A stretch of 64,000 bases of DNA from Pyrodictiaceae archaeon. GTDB taxonomy: Archaea > Thermoproteota > Thermoprotei_A > Sulfolobales > Pyrodictiaceae. Positions 45,201 through 55,742 of this stretch are shown here, piece by piece; position 1 is the stretch's first letter; the number at the start of each line of letters is the position of its first letter. The stretch is from NCBI GenBank assembly GCA_040514295.1, contig JBEVCE010000039.1, positions 29,524 through 93,523 of the forward strand. Reading direction: 5' to 3'. The notes under the pieces were generated by a model that saw nothing but the letters and a program-made list of their open reading frames with translations, searched no databases and was not told where the DNA came from. The position numbers were made by a program, and so were the translations under genes.

Positions 45201-46580
45201 ATGTCATCCGAGAAAATAGACTGGTATAAGATATCGGAAAGGCTCCATAGGTACTATGAGGGCAAGATCGAGGTTATACTCAAGGTTCCCTCAGATAAGC
45301 AGCAGCACTTTGCCATATGGTATACTCCTGGCGTTGCTGGCCCCTCGAGGAGGATTGCAGAGGAACCCGACGAGTCCTTCCACCTCACGTGGCGCTGGAA
45401 CTTCATCGCAGTTGTAAGCGATGGTACGAGGGTCCTAGGCCTAGGCAATATTGGTCCAGAGGGAGCATATCCTGTTATGGAGGGTAAGGCCCTCCTCTTT
45501 AAAGCCCTTGGGGGAGTCGACGCAATCCCCTTGGTGCATAGGGCTCGTGATCCAGAAAAATTCCTCGAGCTACTAGAGCTGATCGAGCCAAGCTTTGGCG
45601 GTATAAACTTAGAGGACATCGAGAGCCCCAAGTGCTTCTACATCCTAGACGAGGCGCGTAAGAGGCTCAAGATACCCGTATGGCACGATGACCAGCAGGG
45701 TACGGCCACCGTGACGCTAGCAGGACTCATAAATGCTGCCAAGCTAGTTGGCAAGAACCTCAAGAAGATGAAGATAGCATTGATAGGTGCTGGGGCAGCC
45801 AACATAGCTCTATATAGGCTGCTCAAGGCTTACGGCGTCCCCCCGAAGAACATTGTCGTGGTTGATAGTAAGGGCGTATTACACCCAGACCGTAGTGACA
45901 TAGACAGGCTAATGGTGAGTAATAAGTGGAAGTACCAGATCGCGATAGAGACTGATGGCGGGTGGAACAGGCTTAGGGGAGGAGGAATACCTGAGGCCAT
46001 GAAGGGTGCTGACGCCGTCGTGGCGGCTTCGAGGCCAGGCCCAGGCATAATAAAGAAGGAGTGGATTAAGCTCATGGAGAAGGATCCGATAGTTTTCGCT
46101 GAGGCAAACCCGGTTCCTGAGATATGGCCGTGGGAGGCCAAGGAGGCTGGGGCTAAGGTTGTTGCAACAGGTAGGAGTGATCTACCAAACCAGGTTAACA
46201 ACAGCCTGGCATTCCCAGCAGTGTTCAGGGGAGTACTGGATGTCAGAGCCAAGACCATAACAGACACCATGGCTATAGCAGCAGCGGAGGAGCTAGCTAG
46301 GTTCGCTGAGGAGAAGGGAATCCACGAGGACTACATACTGCCTAAGATGGAGGAGTGGGAGGTGTACCCGAGAGTAGCTACAGCCACCGCCCTCAAAGCC
46401 ATAGAGGAGGGCCTCGCAAGAGTCAAGATGAGCCGTGAAGAGATCTACGAGAGAGCTTATAACATCATAAAAACAACTAGGGAGAAGCTAAGAATACTCT
46501 TCGAGCATGGCCTTATAAAACCATTACCCGAGGATGTAGAGAAGCTAATAGCTAAGCCACCTGTACAGTCGAATGAGTAG
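45201..46580 (+). CDS. maeA: NAD(P)-dependent malic enzyme (oxaloacetate-decarboxylating malate dehydrogenase), short form
   Basis: [43 protein letters not shown]. Confidence 0.9.
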   Translation: MSSEKIDWYKISERLHRYYEGKIEVILKVPSDKQQHFAIWYTPGVAGPSRRIAEEPDESFHLTWRWNFIAVVSDGTRVLGLGNIGPEGAYPVMEGKALLFKALGGVDAIPLVHRARDPEKFLELLELIEPSFGGINLEDIESPKCFYILDEARKRLKIPVWHDDQQGTATVTLAGLINAAKLVGKNLKKMKIALIGAGAANIALYRLLKAYGVPPKNIVVVDSKGVLHPDRSDIDRLMVSNKWKYQIAIETDGGWNRLRGGGIPEAMKGADAVVAASRPGPGIIKKEWIKLMEKDPIVFAEANPVPEIWPWEAKEAGAKVVATGRSDLPNQVNNSLAFPAVFRGVLDVRAKTITDTMAIAAAEELARFAEEKGIHEDYILPKMEEWEVYPRVATATALKAIEEGLARVKMSREEIYERAYNIIKTTREKLRILFEHGLIKPLPEDVEKLIAKPPVQSNE

Positions 46581-46594
46581 AGAGGAGTAGAGTC

Positions 46595-47086
46595 ATGGCG
46601 GAGATGAGCGTGGTCGTCAGACCCCCTACAAGCGATGAAGAGCTAGAACAAGTAGCGAAGCTACTGGTAAGATTCTACCAAGTTAACGAGGAGTTTGACC
46701 CCCTCTACGCCATGGTGGAGAATCCCCGAGAGAAGGCACTAGAACTAGTCAAGAAATATAATAATGATCCCAGGTCCGTGCTACTAGTCGCTCTCTACGA
46801 GGGCTTCGTGGTAGGCTTCATACATGGGGAGGTAAGAGAGAATCCAATGCTAAGAGCTAACCCCCTTGGAGTACTCATGGAGCTATACGTGCACCCATCC
46901 TACCGTAGGAGAGGTATAGCGCGTAGGCTAATAGAGGAGGCCTCAAAAGTCCTAAGAGAGAAGGGCGCGGTAGCCATAGCAGCCGAGTTCCCCTATCTAA
47001 ACGAGATAGCTGTTTCATTCTACAAGAAGCTGGGCTTCAGGCCCCTAACGTCAGTATACATAAAGGAGATAGAGGGGGTAGAGTAA
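46595..47086 (+). CDS. GNAT-family N-acetyltransferase
   Basis: LYVHPSYRRRGIARRLIEEA (acetyl-CoA binding Q/RxxGxG/A motif), 163 aa. Confidence 0.8.
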   Translation: MAEMSVVVRPPTSDEELEQVAKLLVRFYQVNEEFDPLYAMVENPREKALELVKKYNNDPRSVLLVALYEGFVVGFIHGEVRENPMLRANPLGVLMELYVHPSYRRRGIARRLIEEASKVLREKGAVAIAAEFPYLNEIAVSFYKKLGFRPLTSVYIKEIEGVE

Positions 47087-47088
47087 GA

Positions 47089-47577
47089 GTGTCCCGTAGG
47101 GAGCTAGAGGACATGATTATACGTAGAGCCGAGGAGAAGGATGTAGACGCCCTAGTGGACTTCATAGTAAGGCTCAAGCAAGTGAACGAGGAGCTGGACC
47201 CCACATATATCGTGAGAGACGATGTAGAAGAAGTTGCTAGAAGGTACATAAAAGAGAGCCTGGGCAGGGACGACGTAATAATCCTAGTAGCAGAGCATAA
47301 CGGCAGGCCTATAGCCATGGTTCGTGCCGAGCTTAGGGAGAGGCTCTTCTACGAGCCTAGGAGAGAGGCGCTAATAACGGATCTCTATGTACATCCCTCC
47401 TACCGTAGGAGAGGTATTGGTGAAAAGCTGGTAAGAAGCCTAGAGTCCATATTAGTAGATAAAGGTATTAGGCTGCTAGCAGCAGAATACCCGCCAGGCA
47501 ATACCATAGCCTCAAGGTTCTTCGAGAAAGAGGGCTTCAAGAAGCTGCTCGTAAGAGTCTATAGGAGGCTAAGCTAG
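47089..47577 (+). CDS. GNAT-family N-acetyltransferase (tandem paralogue)
   Basis: LYVHPSYRRRGIGEKLVRSLE. Same length and the same shared N-terminal block (RLKQVNEELDPTY vs RFYQVNEEFDPLY). Starts 2 nt after the previous stop. Confidence 0.8.
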   Translation: MSRRELEDMIIRRAEEKDVDALVDFIVRLKQVNEELDPTYIVRDDVEEVARRYIKESLGRDDVIILVAEHNGRPIAMVRAELRERLFYEPRREALITDLYVHPSYRRRGIGEKLVRSLESILVDKGIRLLAAEYPPGNTIASRFFEKEGFKKLLVRVYRRLS

Positions 47578-47587
47578 GGATTAAGTC

Positions 47588-47625
47588 CTCCAAACCCTTG
47601 GAGTCTTAGTAGCCCCAGCTTTTTT
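47588..47625 (+). terminator. Hairpin plus T6 terminator candidate
   Basis: CTCCAA-ACCC-TTGGAG at 47588-47603, then a T6 run at 47620-47625. Confidence 0.45.
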
Positions 47626-47745
47626 CCTCTTCAGACTCTTCTCCGAGAGCGGTATGGTCGCTACCCGGGAGAGCCCCTAGCTTCTCCATGCTAGCTCTTA
47701 GCGTAAACTCATTATTCCCTCGTAGGCTCTTAGAGGAGGACTAGG

Positions 47746-49335
47746 GTGCATCCCTTGGTGCTAGGATTCTCCAACTATATATCGTCCATAGAGATGAGGA
47801 TTATTGATAGGAACTCTGCCGGCCTAGGAGTCTCAAGCCTAATGCTCATGGAGAATGCTGGTAGGAGTGTAGCGGATCTCGTCGAGAAGGTTCTCGGGGA
47901 TGTAAAGGGTAAGGACATAGTTGTCTTCGCTGGTGCTGGCGGTAATGCTGGCGATGGCCTTACGGCTGCAAGGCACCTTGCCAGTAGGGGTGCCCGGGTT
48001 CGCGTCTATCTTCTCACGAAGCCTAGCGAGTTAAGGGGAGAGGAGACCGTGATAGAGTACCAGGCAGTTGAGCACATGGATTTAAGTATAGAGATTATAC
48101 AGGTGAGGGAGGAGAAGGATATTCCTGACAGTATTAGAGCTGATGCAGTGATCGATGCACTACTAGGCATAGGGGTTAAGGGTAGAGTCCGCAGCCTATA
48201 CGCTAAAGCCATCGAGGCGATAAACTCCTCGCAGGGAGTCAAGGTGGCAGTAGATGTACCCTCCGGCTTAGACCCTGACACGGGGAAGGAGCTAGGCCCG
48301 GTGGTGAGAGCAGACTATACGGTCACCTTCCATAAGCCGAAGAAGGGGCTCATAGGAAGGGAGGAGTATACTGGTAGGCTAGTCGTAGCAAGCATAGGCA
48401 TACCTAGGGAGGCCGAGATATATGTGGGGCCAGGCGACCTAGAGTTTAGGCTGACGCGAAGAGACTGGAGGAGCCATAAGGGCTCAAACGGCAGGGTCCT
48501 TGTAATCGGGGGCTCCGAGGATTATACTGGAGCACCCGCCCTAGCAGCTCAGGCAGCATACTATGCTGGTGTAGACCTGGTGGTTATTGCGGCGCCGAGG
48601 AGGGCCGCGGATATCATAGCATCCTTCACCCCTACTATGATAGCTGTTAGGCTCGAAGGCCACGACAACCTCCATCCAGACCACTTGAGTAAGCTTAGAA
48701 GCCTAATGGAGAAAGCTGATGCAATCGCACTAGGAATGGGGCTGGGCCTCTCAAAGGAGACAGGGGAGGCCGTGAGAGCAGTGGTTGAGGAGGCTATTAG
48801 GATGGGCAAGAAGCTAGTGGTGGATGCTGACGGCCTCAAGCATCTAGCTGGGCACGAGAGGCTACTCTCGAGAAGCATGATCCTAACACCTCATGCAGGC
48901 GAGCTGAGGATTTTATTCGGCGTCGAGCCCCCGCCACCAGAGAGAGTGATCGAGAGAGCTAGGCTTGTGGAGGAGCTAGCTAGGAGACATGGCAATGTGA
49001 CAATCCTCTTCAAGGGTCCCGTGGATGTAATATCCGATGGAGAGACCACGAGGCTGAACAAGACGGGCTCACCCTTAATGGCTGTGGGAGGTACAGGGGA
49101 TCTATTAGCGGGTCTAGCAGCTGCATTCCTAGCCCAGGGCCTAGAGCCTGTGCACGCAGCAAGCCTAGCAGCCTTCGTAAATGGTGTCGCCGGCGGCCTC
49201 GCGTACAGGGAGTATGGGGACCATGCTTCAACAGTAGAGATACTAGCCAAGATACCTGAGGTATTCAGAAACCCTATGGAGGCTTTCAAGAAGAGCCTAG
49301 TATACTCTAGGCTCCCACTGGAAAGAATAGGATAA
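47746..49335 (+). CDS. nnr: Bifunctional NAD(P)H-hydrate repair enzyme (epimerase / ADP-dependent dehydratase, YjeF N+C)
   Basis: N-terminal YjeF_N (LMENAGRSVA, AGAGGNAGDGL). C-terminal carbohydrate-kinase-like domain (SHKGSNGRVLVIGGSEDYTGAPALAA, TPHAGE, GGTGDLLAG). Confidence 0.9.
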   Translation: MHPLVLGFSNYISSIEMRIIDRNSAGLGVSSLMLMENAGRSVADLVEKVLGDVKGKDIVVFAGAGGNAGDGLTAARHLASRGARVRVYLLTKPSELRGEETVIEYQAVEHMDLSIEIIQVREEKDIPDSIRADAVIDALLGIGVKGRVRSLYAKAIEAINSSQGVKVAVDVPSGLDPDTGKELGPVVRADYTVTFHKPKKGLIGREEYTGRLVVASIGIPREAEIYVGPGDLEFRLTRRDWRSHKGSNGRVLVIGGSEDYTGAPALAAQAAYYAGVDLVVIAAPRRAADIIASFTPTMIAVRLEGHDNLHPDHLSKLRSLMEKADAIALGMGLGLSKETGEAVRAVVEEAIRMGKKLVVDADGLKHLAGHERLLSRSMILTPHAGELRILFGVEPPPPERVIERARLVEELARRHGNVTILFKGPVDVISDGETTRLNKTGSPLMAVGGTGDLLAGLAAAFLAQGLEPVHAASLAAFVNGVAGGLAYREYGDHASTVEILAKIPEVFRNPMEAFKKSLVYSRLPLERIG

Positions 49336-49381
49336 CCCCCTTTACCCCCAAAGAGACTGCATAGGTTATACGGGTACCCTA

Positions 49382-49972
49382 GTGAGCCTAGCCCCTCAAA
49401 CATTCGAGAGGCTACGGCCACCCCTAAGAATAGTGTTGCCCTCAGGGCAGAAGATACTAGTATGCAAGGCCGGGCCGGAGGATAGGGATAAGCTAAGAGC
49501 CTTCTACGAGTCACTAACCCCTGAGACCATCTATTCCAGATTTCTTCACATAGTCAAGGACTTCACAAGGTACGTGGAGTTGGTACTAGGCCCCCTCAAC
49601 AAGTACGGCGTAGTCCTATTAGCCTATGACGAGAAGAAGGGCTTAGAGAAGCCGGTAGCAGTAGCGGAAGTTTTCTCTAAGGAGGGTATCGTTGGAGAGG
49701 TTGCTGTAACAGTCCACGAGGAGTATAGGGGGAGGGGTATAGGGACAATACTAGTCATACTAGCAGTACTCGAAGCCTACCACAATGGTATTAGGAGGAT
49801 AGAAGCCTATGTCCTAGCAGACAACATTGCAGCCTTAAGAATAGCTAGGAAGATGGGGATGAAGCTAGCCTATACGGGTAGTGGGGTATATCACGCCATA
49901 GTGGAGATAGAGGAGGCCGCTCCTAAGGCGCTACAACTCCTTACGAGCTTCAAGATAGAAAAGATAACCTAG
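49382..49972 (+). CDS. GNAT-family acetyltransferase
   Basis: VHEEYRGRGIGTILV motif, 196 aa, GTG start. Confidence 0.7.
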   Translation: MSLAPQTFERLRPPLRIVLPSGQKILVCKAGPEDRDKLRAFYESLTPETIYSRFLHIVKDFTRYVELVLGPLNKYGVVLLAYDEKKGLEKPVAVAEVFSKEGIVGEVAVTVHEEYRGRGIGTILVILAVLEAYHNGIRRIEAYVLADNIAALRIARKMGMKLAYTGSGVYHAIVEIEEAAPKALQLLTSFKIEKIT

Positions 49973-50171
49973 CCCATAGTATCCCCCTAGAGGCGAGGCA
50001 TAGTGGCAGCCTAGTATAAAGGGCGTGCATAGCTTATAAGGACACAGGTACAGAGACCATAGAGAGACTACTTTCGCATAGATAAACCACTAGGGTTTTT
50101 GGCTTCGAGGGGCTAGGAGAAGACTGGAAGAGTATTAGAGCCCACTATATCTTTGCCTCTAAACCAGTATG

Positions 50172-50179
50172 TTTTATAA
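50172..50179 (+). promoter_or_regulatory. TATA box candidate upstream of the EF-2 gene
   Basis: TTTTATAA lies ~41 nt upstream of the TTG start at 50220. Confidence 0.4.
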
Positions 50180-50219
50180 CCAGTTCTTGTCCTAGGGAGG
50201 GCTATCCTGGGTGTCATAG

Positions 50220-52436
50220 TTGAGAGTCAAGCATGTAGAAGAGATCCTCAAGATTATGAGGAATCCCGAGCAAGTACGCAATATCGGTATAGTAGCCCAT
50301 GTCGATCACGGTAAGACGACTACTACTGACTCCCTATTAGCAGCAGCTGGTATTATATCCGAGCGTGTAGCTGGAGAAGCACTAGCAATGGACTATCTGG
50401 CTGTTGAGCAGCAACGTGGTATAACGGTGAAATCGGCTAATATAAGCCTCTACCACGAATACCATGGAAGACCCTACGTCATCAACCTAGTCGATACACC
50501 TGGCCACGTAGACTTCTCTGGCAAGGTTACTCGAAGCCTTAGAATGATAGACGGGAGCATCGTGGTCGTGGACGCCGTGGAGGGGGTGATGCCCCAGACA
50601 GAGACTGTACTACGCCAAAGCCTTGAAGAGAGGGTGAGACCCCTACTCTTCATAAACAAGGTTGATAGGCTCATTAAGGAGCTGAAGTATACGCCTCAGC
50701 AGATCCAGCGCAGGTTTATAGAGATAATAAAGGAGGTTAACGAGCTAATAGCACTCTACGCTGAGCCGGAGTTCAAGAAGAAATGGCTACTAGACATAAC
50801 CCAGGGCATGGTTGCTTTCGGTAGTGCTAGGGACAAGTGGGGCATAAGCATACCAATGGCCCAGAAGAAGGGCATAAAGTTTAGCGACATAATAGAGGCC
50901 TATAAGCGTGGCAAGGAGGCTGTAGAGGAGTTCGCTACAAAGGTAGCACCACTCCACGAGACCCTACTAGACATGGTTGTCAAGTTTATACCGAACCCTC
51001 TCGAGGCACAAGCATACCGTATCCAAAAGATATGGAAGGGCGACGTAAACAGCGACATAGGCAGGGCGATGGCTAAAGCGGATCCGGATGGCCCACTAGT
51101 CTTCGCTATAGCGGATATGAGGCTAGACCCGAGGATCAGGAGGTTGGTGGCGACAGGCAGGATATTTAGTGGCACCCTGAGGGCTGGCGAGGAGGTATAC
51201 TTGCTCAATGCTAGAAGGAGTAGTAGGGTGCTACAAGTAAGCATTTACATGGGCCCCGACAGAGAGGTTGTCGACGAAATACCTGCAGGGAACATAGCAG
51301 CAGCACTAGGCCTTGAGGATGCTAGAGCGGGCGAGACAGCGGTAGCTGTGGAGTACAAGGATAAGATGGCACCCTTCGAGAAGCTCCACTATGTCAGCGA
51401 GCCGGTAGTCACCGTGGCTATAGAGCCCAAGGATCCGAGAGAGCTACCAAAGCTCATAGACGCTTTACACAAGCTCAGCATAGAAGACCCCAACATACTC
51501 GTAAAGATAAACGAGGAGACCGGGGAATACCTGCTAAGCGGTATGGGGCCACTACACATAGAGATAGCCCTATGGTGGCTAAAGGAGAACTTCGGCCTAG
51601 AAGTCAAGACCTCTCCACCCATAGTAGTATACCGTGAGACCGTGAGATCCCGGAGCCAGATATTCGAGGGCAAGAGCCCCAACAAGCATAACAAGCTATA
51701 CATAAGCGTTGAGCCGCTGAACGAGGAGACTCTTCAACTCCTTCAGGAGGGCACTGTAACGGAGGACATGGATCCCTACCAGAGAGCTAAGATACTAAGA
51801 GATAAGGCTGGATGGGACTACGACGAGGCTAAGAGGATCTGGGCTATAGACGAGAACCTAAACATATTTGTTGATAGGACAACAGGTGTTCAGCACCTAA
51901 GAGAGGTCAAGGACACCATAATCCAAGGCTTCAGGTTAGCTATGAGGGAAGGCCCGCTAGCCAAGGAGCCTGTGAGGGGAATCAAGGTAGTACTACACGA
52001 TGCTGTGATACACGAAGACCCAGCGCACCGCGGGCCAGCCCAAATATTCCCAGCAGTAAGGAACGCTATCTATGCTGGAATACTTACCTCCAAGCCTACG
52101 CTATTAGAGCCTATACAGAAGCTGGACATAAGGGTTCCTCAAGAATACGTTAGTAACATCATAGCAGTGATCAGCAGGAAGAGAGGCAGGATCATGGATA
52201 TGAGGGAGTATGGTCTAATGATGAGGATCCTGGCAGAGATACCGGTGGCAGAGAGCTTCGACCTGGCGGCAGAGCTTCGTGGAGCAAGCAGTGGCAGGGC
52301 CTTCTGGGGTACAGAGTTTAGCCGCTGGGCCCCAGTACCAGATAATATGCTACCAGACTTGATAAGGAAGATTAGGGAGAGGAAGGGCTTACCACCAGAA
52401 CCCCCAAAGCCCGAGGACTTCATCACACCATACTAG
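50220..52436 (+). CDS. fusA: Translation elongation factor 2 (aEF-2)
   Basis: [33 protein letters not shown] and the diphthamide region [18 protein letters not shown]. 738 aa. Confidence 0.96.
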   Translation: MRVKHVEEILKIMRNPEQVRNIGIVAHVDHGKTTTTDSLLAAAGIISERVAGEALAMDYLAVEQQRGITVKSANISLYHEYHGRPYVINLVDTPGHVDFSGKVTRSLRMIDGSIVVVDAVEGVMPQTETVLRQSLEERVRPLLFINKVDRLIKELKYTPQQIQRRFIEIIKEVNELIALYAEPEFKKKWLLDITQGMVAFGSARDKWGISIPMAQKKGIKFSDIIEAYKRGKEAVEEFATKVAPLHETLLDMVVKFIPNPLEAQAYRIQKIWKGDVNSDIGRAMAKADPDGPLVFAIADMRLDPRIRRLVATGRIFSGTLRAGEEVYLLNARRSSRVLQVSIYMGPDREVVDEIPAGNIAAALGLEDARAGETAVAVEYKDKMAPFEKLHYVSEPVVTVAIEPKDPRELPKLIDALHKLSIEDPNILVKINEETGEYLLSGMGPLHIEIALWWLKENFGLEVKTSPPIVVYRETVRSRSQIFEGKSPNKHNKLYISVEPLNEETLQLLQEGTVTEDMDPYQRAKILRDKAGWDYDEAKRIWAIDENLNIFVDRTTGVQHLREVKDTIIQGFRLAMREGPLAKEPVRGIKVVLHDAVIHEDPAHRGPAQIFPAVRNAIYAGILTSKPTLLEPIQKLDIRVPQEYVSNIIAVISRKRGRIMDMREYGLMMRILAEIPVAESFDLAAELRGASSGRAFWGTEFSRWAPVPDNMLPDLIRKIRERKGLPPEPPKPEDFITPY

Positions 52437-52439
52437 GCT

Positions 52440-53153
52440 CTATAGAAGCTCTTTTAGCAATCTTCCTACAGCCATCCCAACCTCCCTAACCCCTAGTCTT
52501 CTCAGCGTAGCCCATACTGTAGCCGTATTACTCGAGAACACTGGGAGGCCCAGATCCTTCTCAAGAGCGTCAATAACCTCTATGGTTCTCAAGTTAGTGC
52601 AGCTTATAAAGACGGCGTCTAGATCTCTCCTAACCTCCCTAGCTAGCCTATAAACCTGGTAGGGCTCGAGCTTGCCTATCTCAATATTAGCCTTAATCCT
52701 AAAGGATCTTAGCTCCTCAACCTGGACTCCATGATGCTCTAGGAACTTTATTTCTCTTTCATTAACCTCGTCGATATATGGCGTGACTAGAGCTATCCTC
52801 TTCGCTCTAAGCGCCCTAAGAGCCTCTATAACAGCAGTTGCCGTTGGTAGCACAGGCTTACCGGAAGCCTTTGAGAGCCTACGTGCAATCTCCTCGTCAT
52901 GGCCAGGGCCTTTGACGAGGCTGCCTGTAGTACAGCCATAGACTATTATATCTACGTCGGCTGTCGCGAGTAGTTCAGCGGCTTCGACAGCTTTCTCCTC
53001 CATCCTGATAAGCTCCTCGCTAGTGACCTCTCTTAGGGGTACTCGGGTAGTATGTACACTCACCCCGACAGGCATTAAGGAGTAGAATTCGGGCTCCATC
53101 GTCGTATTAGAGGAGGGTATTATTAGGCCTACGCGCCCCCTCCAGCCATACAT
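52440..53153 (-). CDS. Asp/Glu/hydantoin racemase superfamily protein, maleate isomerase / arylmalonate decarboxylase-like
   Basis: RVGLIIPSSNTTMEPEF and two catalytic-Cys contexts, YGCTTGS and ISCTNLRT. 237 aa. Confidence 0.75.
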   Translation of the reverse strand: MYGWRGRVGLIIPSSNTTMEPEFYSLMPVGVSVHTTRVPLREVTSEELIRMEEKAVEAAELLATADVDIIVYGCTTGSLVKGPGHDEEIARRLSKASGKPVLPTATAVIEALRALRAKRIALVTPYIDEVNEREIKFLEHHGVQVEELRSFRIKANIEIGKLEPYQVYRLAREVRRDLDAVFISCTNLRTIEVIDALEKDLGLPVFSSNTATVWATLRRLGVREVGMAVGRLLKELL

Positions 53154-53225
53154 AGCTATTCAGGCCTCCCAAAGCCCATGGTTGTAGGAGAGTTTAATAA
53201 GTTTAGCTCTTTCTAGTGGGAAAAG

Positions 53226-53233
53226 TTTTTATT
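53226..53233 (+). promoter_or_regulatory. TATA box candidate for the second ABC operon
   Basis: TTTTTATT ends 25 nt upstream of the GTG start at 53259, consistent with a leaderless or short-leader transcript. Confidence 0.4.
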
Positions 53234-53258
53234 CAAGCCTCTAGGATTTTAAAACCTA

Positions 53259-54668
53259 GTGCCTCAAAGGGAAGAGGACGAGATCTTGCATAGTTCTCTA
53301 AGAGGGTTATCTCGGACAGCTGCCATAGTAACAGCCATTGTTATTATCGTGGTTGTAGTTGCTGCCATCGCAGTATATCTTTATGCTACGCCGCCTAGGC
53401 CTTCGCCCGCACCCTCGCCTACGGCCTCAGCTCCATCACCCACGACCTCGGCACCAGCTGCAGCTTCTCCAGCCAAGGTCACTGAGATCAAGGTGGGTGT
53501 TATCCTGCCTTTGAGCGGTAGGCTCGCTGAAACTGGTGCTGACCTCAAGCACGGTATAGAGTTTGCCGTCAAGCAGATCAACTCCATGGGTGGCGTGAAG
53601 AACTGTGGTGGTGCCAAGATAGTAGTGGTCTATGGTGATAGCGCTGGTAAGCCTGAGACTGGTGCAGCGGAGGCTGAGAGGCTTATAACCCAGGAGCATG
53701 TCGTAGCGCTAGTAGGCGCGTACCAGAGTGCTGTCACTAAGACGGCTAGCGAGGTCGCTGAGAGATACCACGTACCCTTCGTCAACCCTGACTCTACATC
53801 ACCCGCCTTGACCGAGAGGGGCTATAAGTGGTTCTTTAGAGTAACACCACACGACGGTATGTTTGCTAAGCAACAAGTCGAGTTCATTAAGTGGCTCAAT
53901 GAGAAGTATAAGCTCAACCTAAAGACCTATGCTATCATACACGAGGATACCGAGTGGGGTACAAAGGTGGCCGAGGCATGGAAGAAGTACTTTAATGAGG
54001 CAGGCTTCAAGCTGGTAAAGGAGATAAGCTACCACGCAGCCACAGTGACGAGCCTAGACTCGGAGGTTAAGGCCCTAAAGGCTGCCAACCCTGATATCCT
54101 CCTAGTTGCATCCTATGTACAGGATGCTATTCTGCTAGTCCAGGCTATGAAAGCCAACAACTTCGCGCCCAAGGTGGTATTAGCGCAGGATGCTGGCTTC
54201 ATAACCCCGAGCTACGTGAAACAGGTAGGCAAGGATGGCTGGTACATATTCTCCAGGGAGGTCTTCAACTGGGACTTGTTTGAGAAGATACCGAGGCTGA
54301 AAAAGGTTAACGAGGAGTATAAGAAGGAGTATGGCGTCGACTTGAACGGCAACTCAGCTAGAGACTACACTGGTATGTGGGTACTATACTATGCCCTCGA
54401 AGAGGCGTGCAAGAAAGCTAGTCCAGCATATCTAGAGGAGTTCCGTAAGGCGCTGCGCGATGCACTAGCAAACCTCAATATACCAGGAGATAAGCTGATA
54501 ATGCCCTGGAAGGGTGTTAAGTTCGACGAGAAGGGCCAGAATATCCTAGGCCAGGGCATTATAGTACAAATGCTTGAGGACGGTAAGTACCATACAGTTT
54601 ACCCGCCGGAGTATGCGACTACAGAGCCCAAGGTACCGTTCCCACCCTGGACCGAGAGGGGAGGATAG
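53259..54668 (+). CDS. ABC transporter substrate-binding protein (Peripla_BP_6 / LivJ-like) with N-terminal TM anchor and S/P/A/T linker
   Basis: TM AAIVTAIVIIVVVVAAIAVYLYA, linker PPRPSPAPSPTASAPSPTTSAPAAASP, then a LivJ-like core (IKVGVILPLSGRLAETG, LVGAYQSAVT). Confidence 0.85.
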   Translation: MPQREEDEILHSSLRGLSRTAAIVTAIVIIVVVVAAIAVYLYATPPRPSPAPSPTASAPSPTTSAPAAASPAKVTEIKVGVILPLSGRLAETGADLKHGIEFAVKQINSMGGVKNCGGAKIVVVYGDSAGKPETGAAEAERLITQEHVVALVGAYQSAVTKTASEVAERYHVPFVNPDSTSPALTERGYKWFFRVTPHDGMFAKQQVEFIKWLNEKYKLNLKTYAIIHEDTEWGTKVAEAWKKYFNEAGFKLVKEISYHAATVTSLDSEVKALKAANPDILLVASYVQDAILLVQAMKANNFAPKVVLAQDAGFITPSYVKQVGKDGWYIFSREVFNWDLFEKIPRLKKVNEEYKKEYGVDLNGNSARDYTGMWVLYYALEEACKKASPAYLEEFRKALRDALANLNIPGDKLIMPWKGVKFDEKGQNILGQGIIVQMLEDGKYHTVYPPEYATTEPKVPFPPWTERGG

Positions 54669-54699
54669 AGAATACTCCCTGCCTAAGCCCATCTACCTC

Positions 54700-54713
54700 T
54701 TTTTACTGTTTTT
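54700..54713 (+). terminator. Two T5 runs after the substrate-binding protein gene
   Basis: CTCTTTTTACTGTTTTTCC, with T5 at 54700-54704 and 54709-54713, ~32 nt after the stop. Confidence 0.45.
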
Positions 54714-54848
54714 CCCGGCTTCTTGTATCCTCTGAGTTCGTTTTACCCAGAGCATGCTTATGGCTAGGAGGGATGAGGGGTCTCTGGCTAGAGAATCTTG
54801 GAGGTAGGATAGAGGAGAAGTATAGGTTACTGGAGGGTTGGTGGCCAT

Positions 54849-55733
54849 ATGGGTATATTCGGGGTGGGATGGGGAGATATCATCGCTGCGGCCGTTGATG
54901 GCGTATTGATAGGTAGCGTCTATGGGCTTATAGGTGTTGGCTTGGCATTGATCTGGGGCGTTATGGAGGTAATAAACTTTGCCCATGGAGACTACATGAT
55001 GCTCGGCGCCCTGACAACATACTTTCTCTTCACGCTTGCAGGTATTGACCCCTTAGTTTCAGCTCCACTCTCCTTCGCCATTGTCTTTCTCCTCGGCGTA
55101 TTAACGCAAAGAGCTGCTATCAATAGGATCCTAGATGCTCCGCTCCTCACCCAGATAGCTGTCACCTTCGCAATATTATTAATCATAAGATACGGTGTTG
55201 AGGCCCTTTTAGGCCCCTATACTAGGCGTATCGTATCGTGGTATGCTAACATCTACTACTATCTAGGCCCTGTAGTGATCCCTCTTCCCAAGCTCATAAG
55301 CTTCATAGTATCCATCATTGTTGCTATAGGCCTCTACGTATTCCTTTTCAAGACACGTACTGGCATAGCGTTAAGGGCTACCTCGCAGAATAGAATTGTA
55401 GCCCAGCTAATGGGGATAAACGTTTACAGGATGTACGAGATAGCCTTCGGGATAGGTGTAGGCGTGGCAGCACTAGCTGGCTCTCTCTTAGCCCTCTTTT
55501 ACCCCATATTCCCTGAGATGGGTGCCTTCTTCGCTCTAATAGCATTCATAGTTGTGGTGCTAGGAGGATTCGGTAGCGTGTTTGGAGCCTACGTAGGTGG
55601 TATCATAGTGGGGCTCACTGAGACCCTTAGCGCTTTATTCATAGAGCCTGCATTGAAGGATGTGGTAGCCTTCATGCTATTTATAATAATTATCCTGGTT
55701 AAGCCCACCGGGCTCTTCGGCAAGAAGGTGTAA
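54849..55733 (+). CDS. livH: ABC transporter permease, LivH type
   Basis: IGSVYGLIGVGLALIWGVMEVINFAHGD is a canonical LivH N-terminus. 294 aa. Confidence 0.88.
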   Translation: MGIFGVGWGDIIAAAVDGVLIGSVYGLIGVGLALIWGVMEVINFAHGDYMMLGALTTYFLFTLAGIDPLVSAPLSFAIVFLLGVLTQRAAINRILDAPLLTQIAVTFAILLIIRYGVEALLGPYTRRIVSWYANIYYYLGPVVIPLPKLISFIVSIIVAIGLYVFLFKTRTGIALRATSQNRIVAQLMGINVYRMYEIAFGIGVGVAALAGSLLALFYPIFPEMGAFFALIAFIVVVLGGFGSVFGAYVGGIIVGLTETLSALFIEPALKDVVAFMLFIIIILVKPTGLFGKKV

Positions 55734-55742
55734 GCCTAGAGG

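Noticed and set aside
48891-49514. 207-aa minus-strand ORF spanning the nnr 3' end and the GNAT 5' end
   Set aside because: It crosses an intergenic region and two well-supported + strand genes, and its composition is low-complexity.
54693-54986. 97-aa minus-strand ORF between the second SBP gene and livH
   Set aside because: It overlaps the canonical LivH N-terminus and the oligo-T terminator region, and no supporting motif was found.
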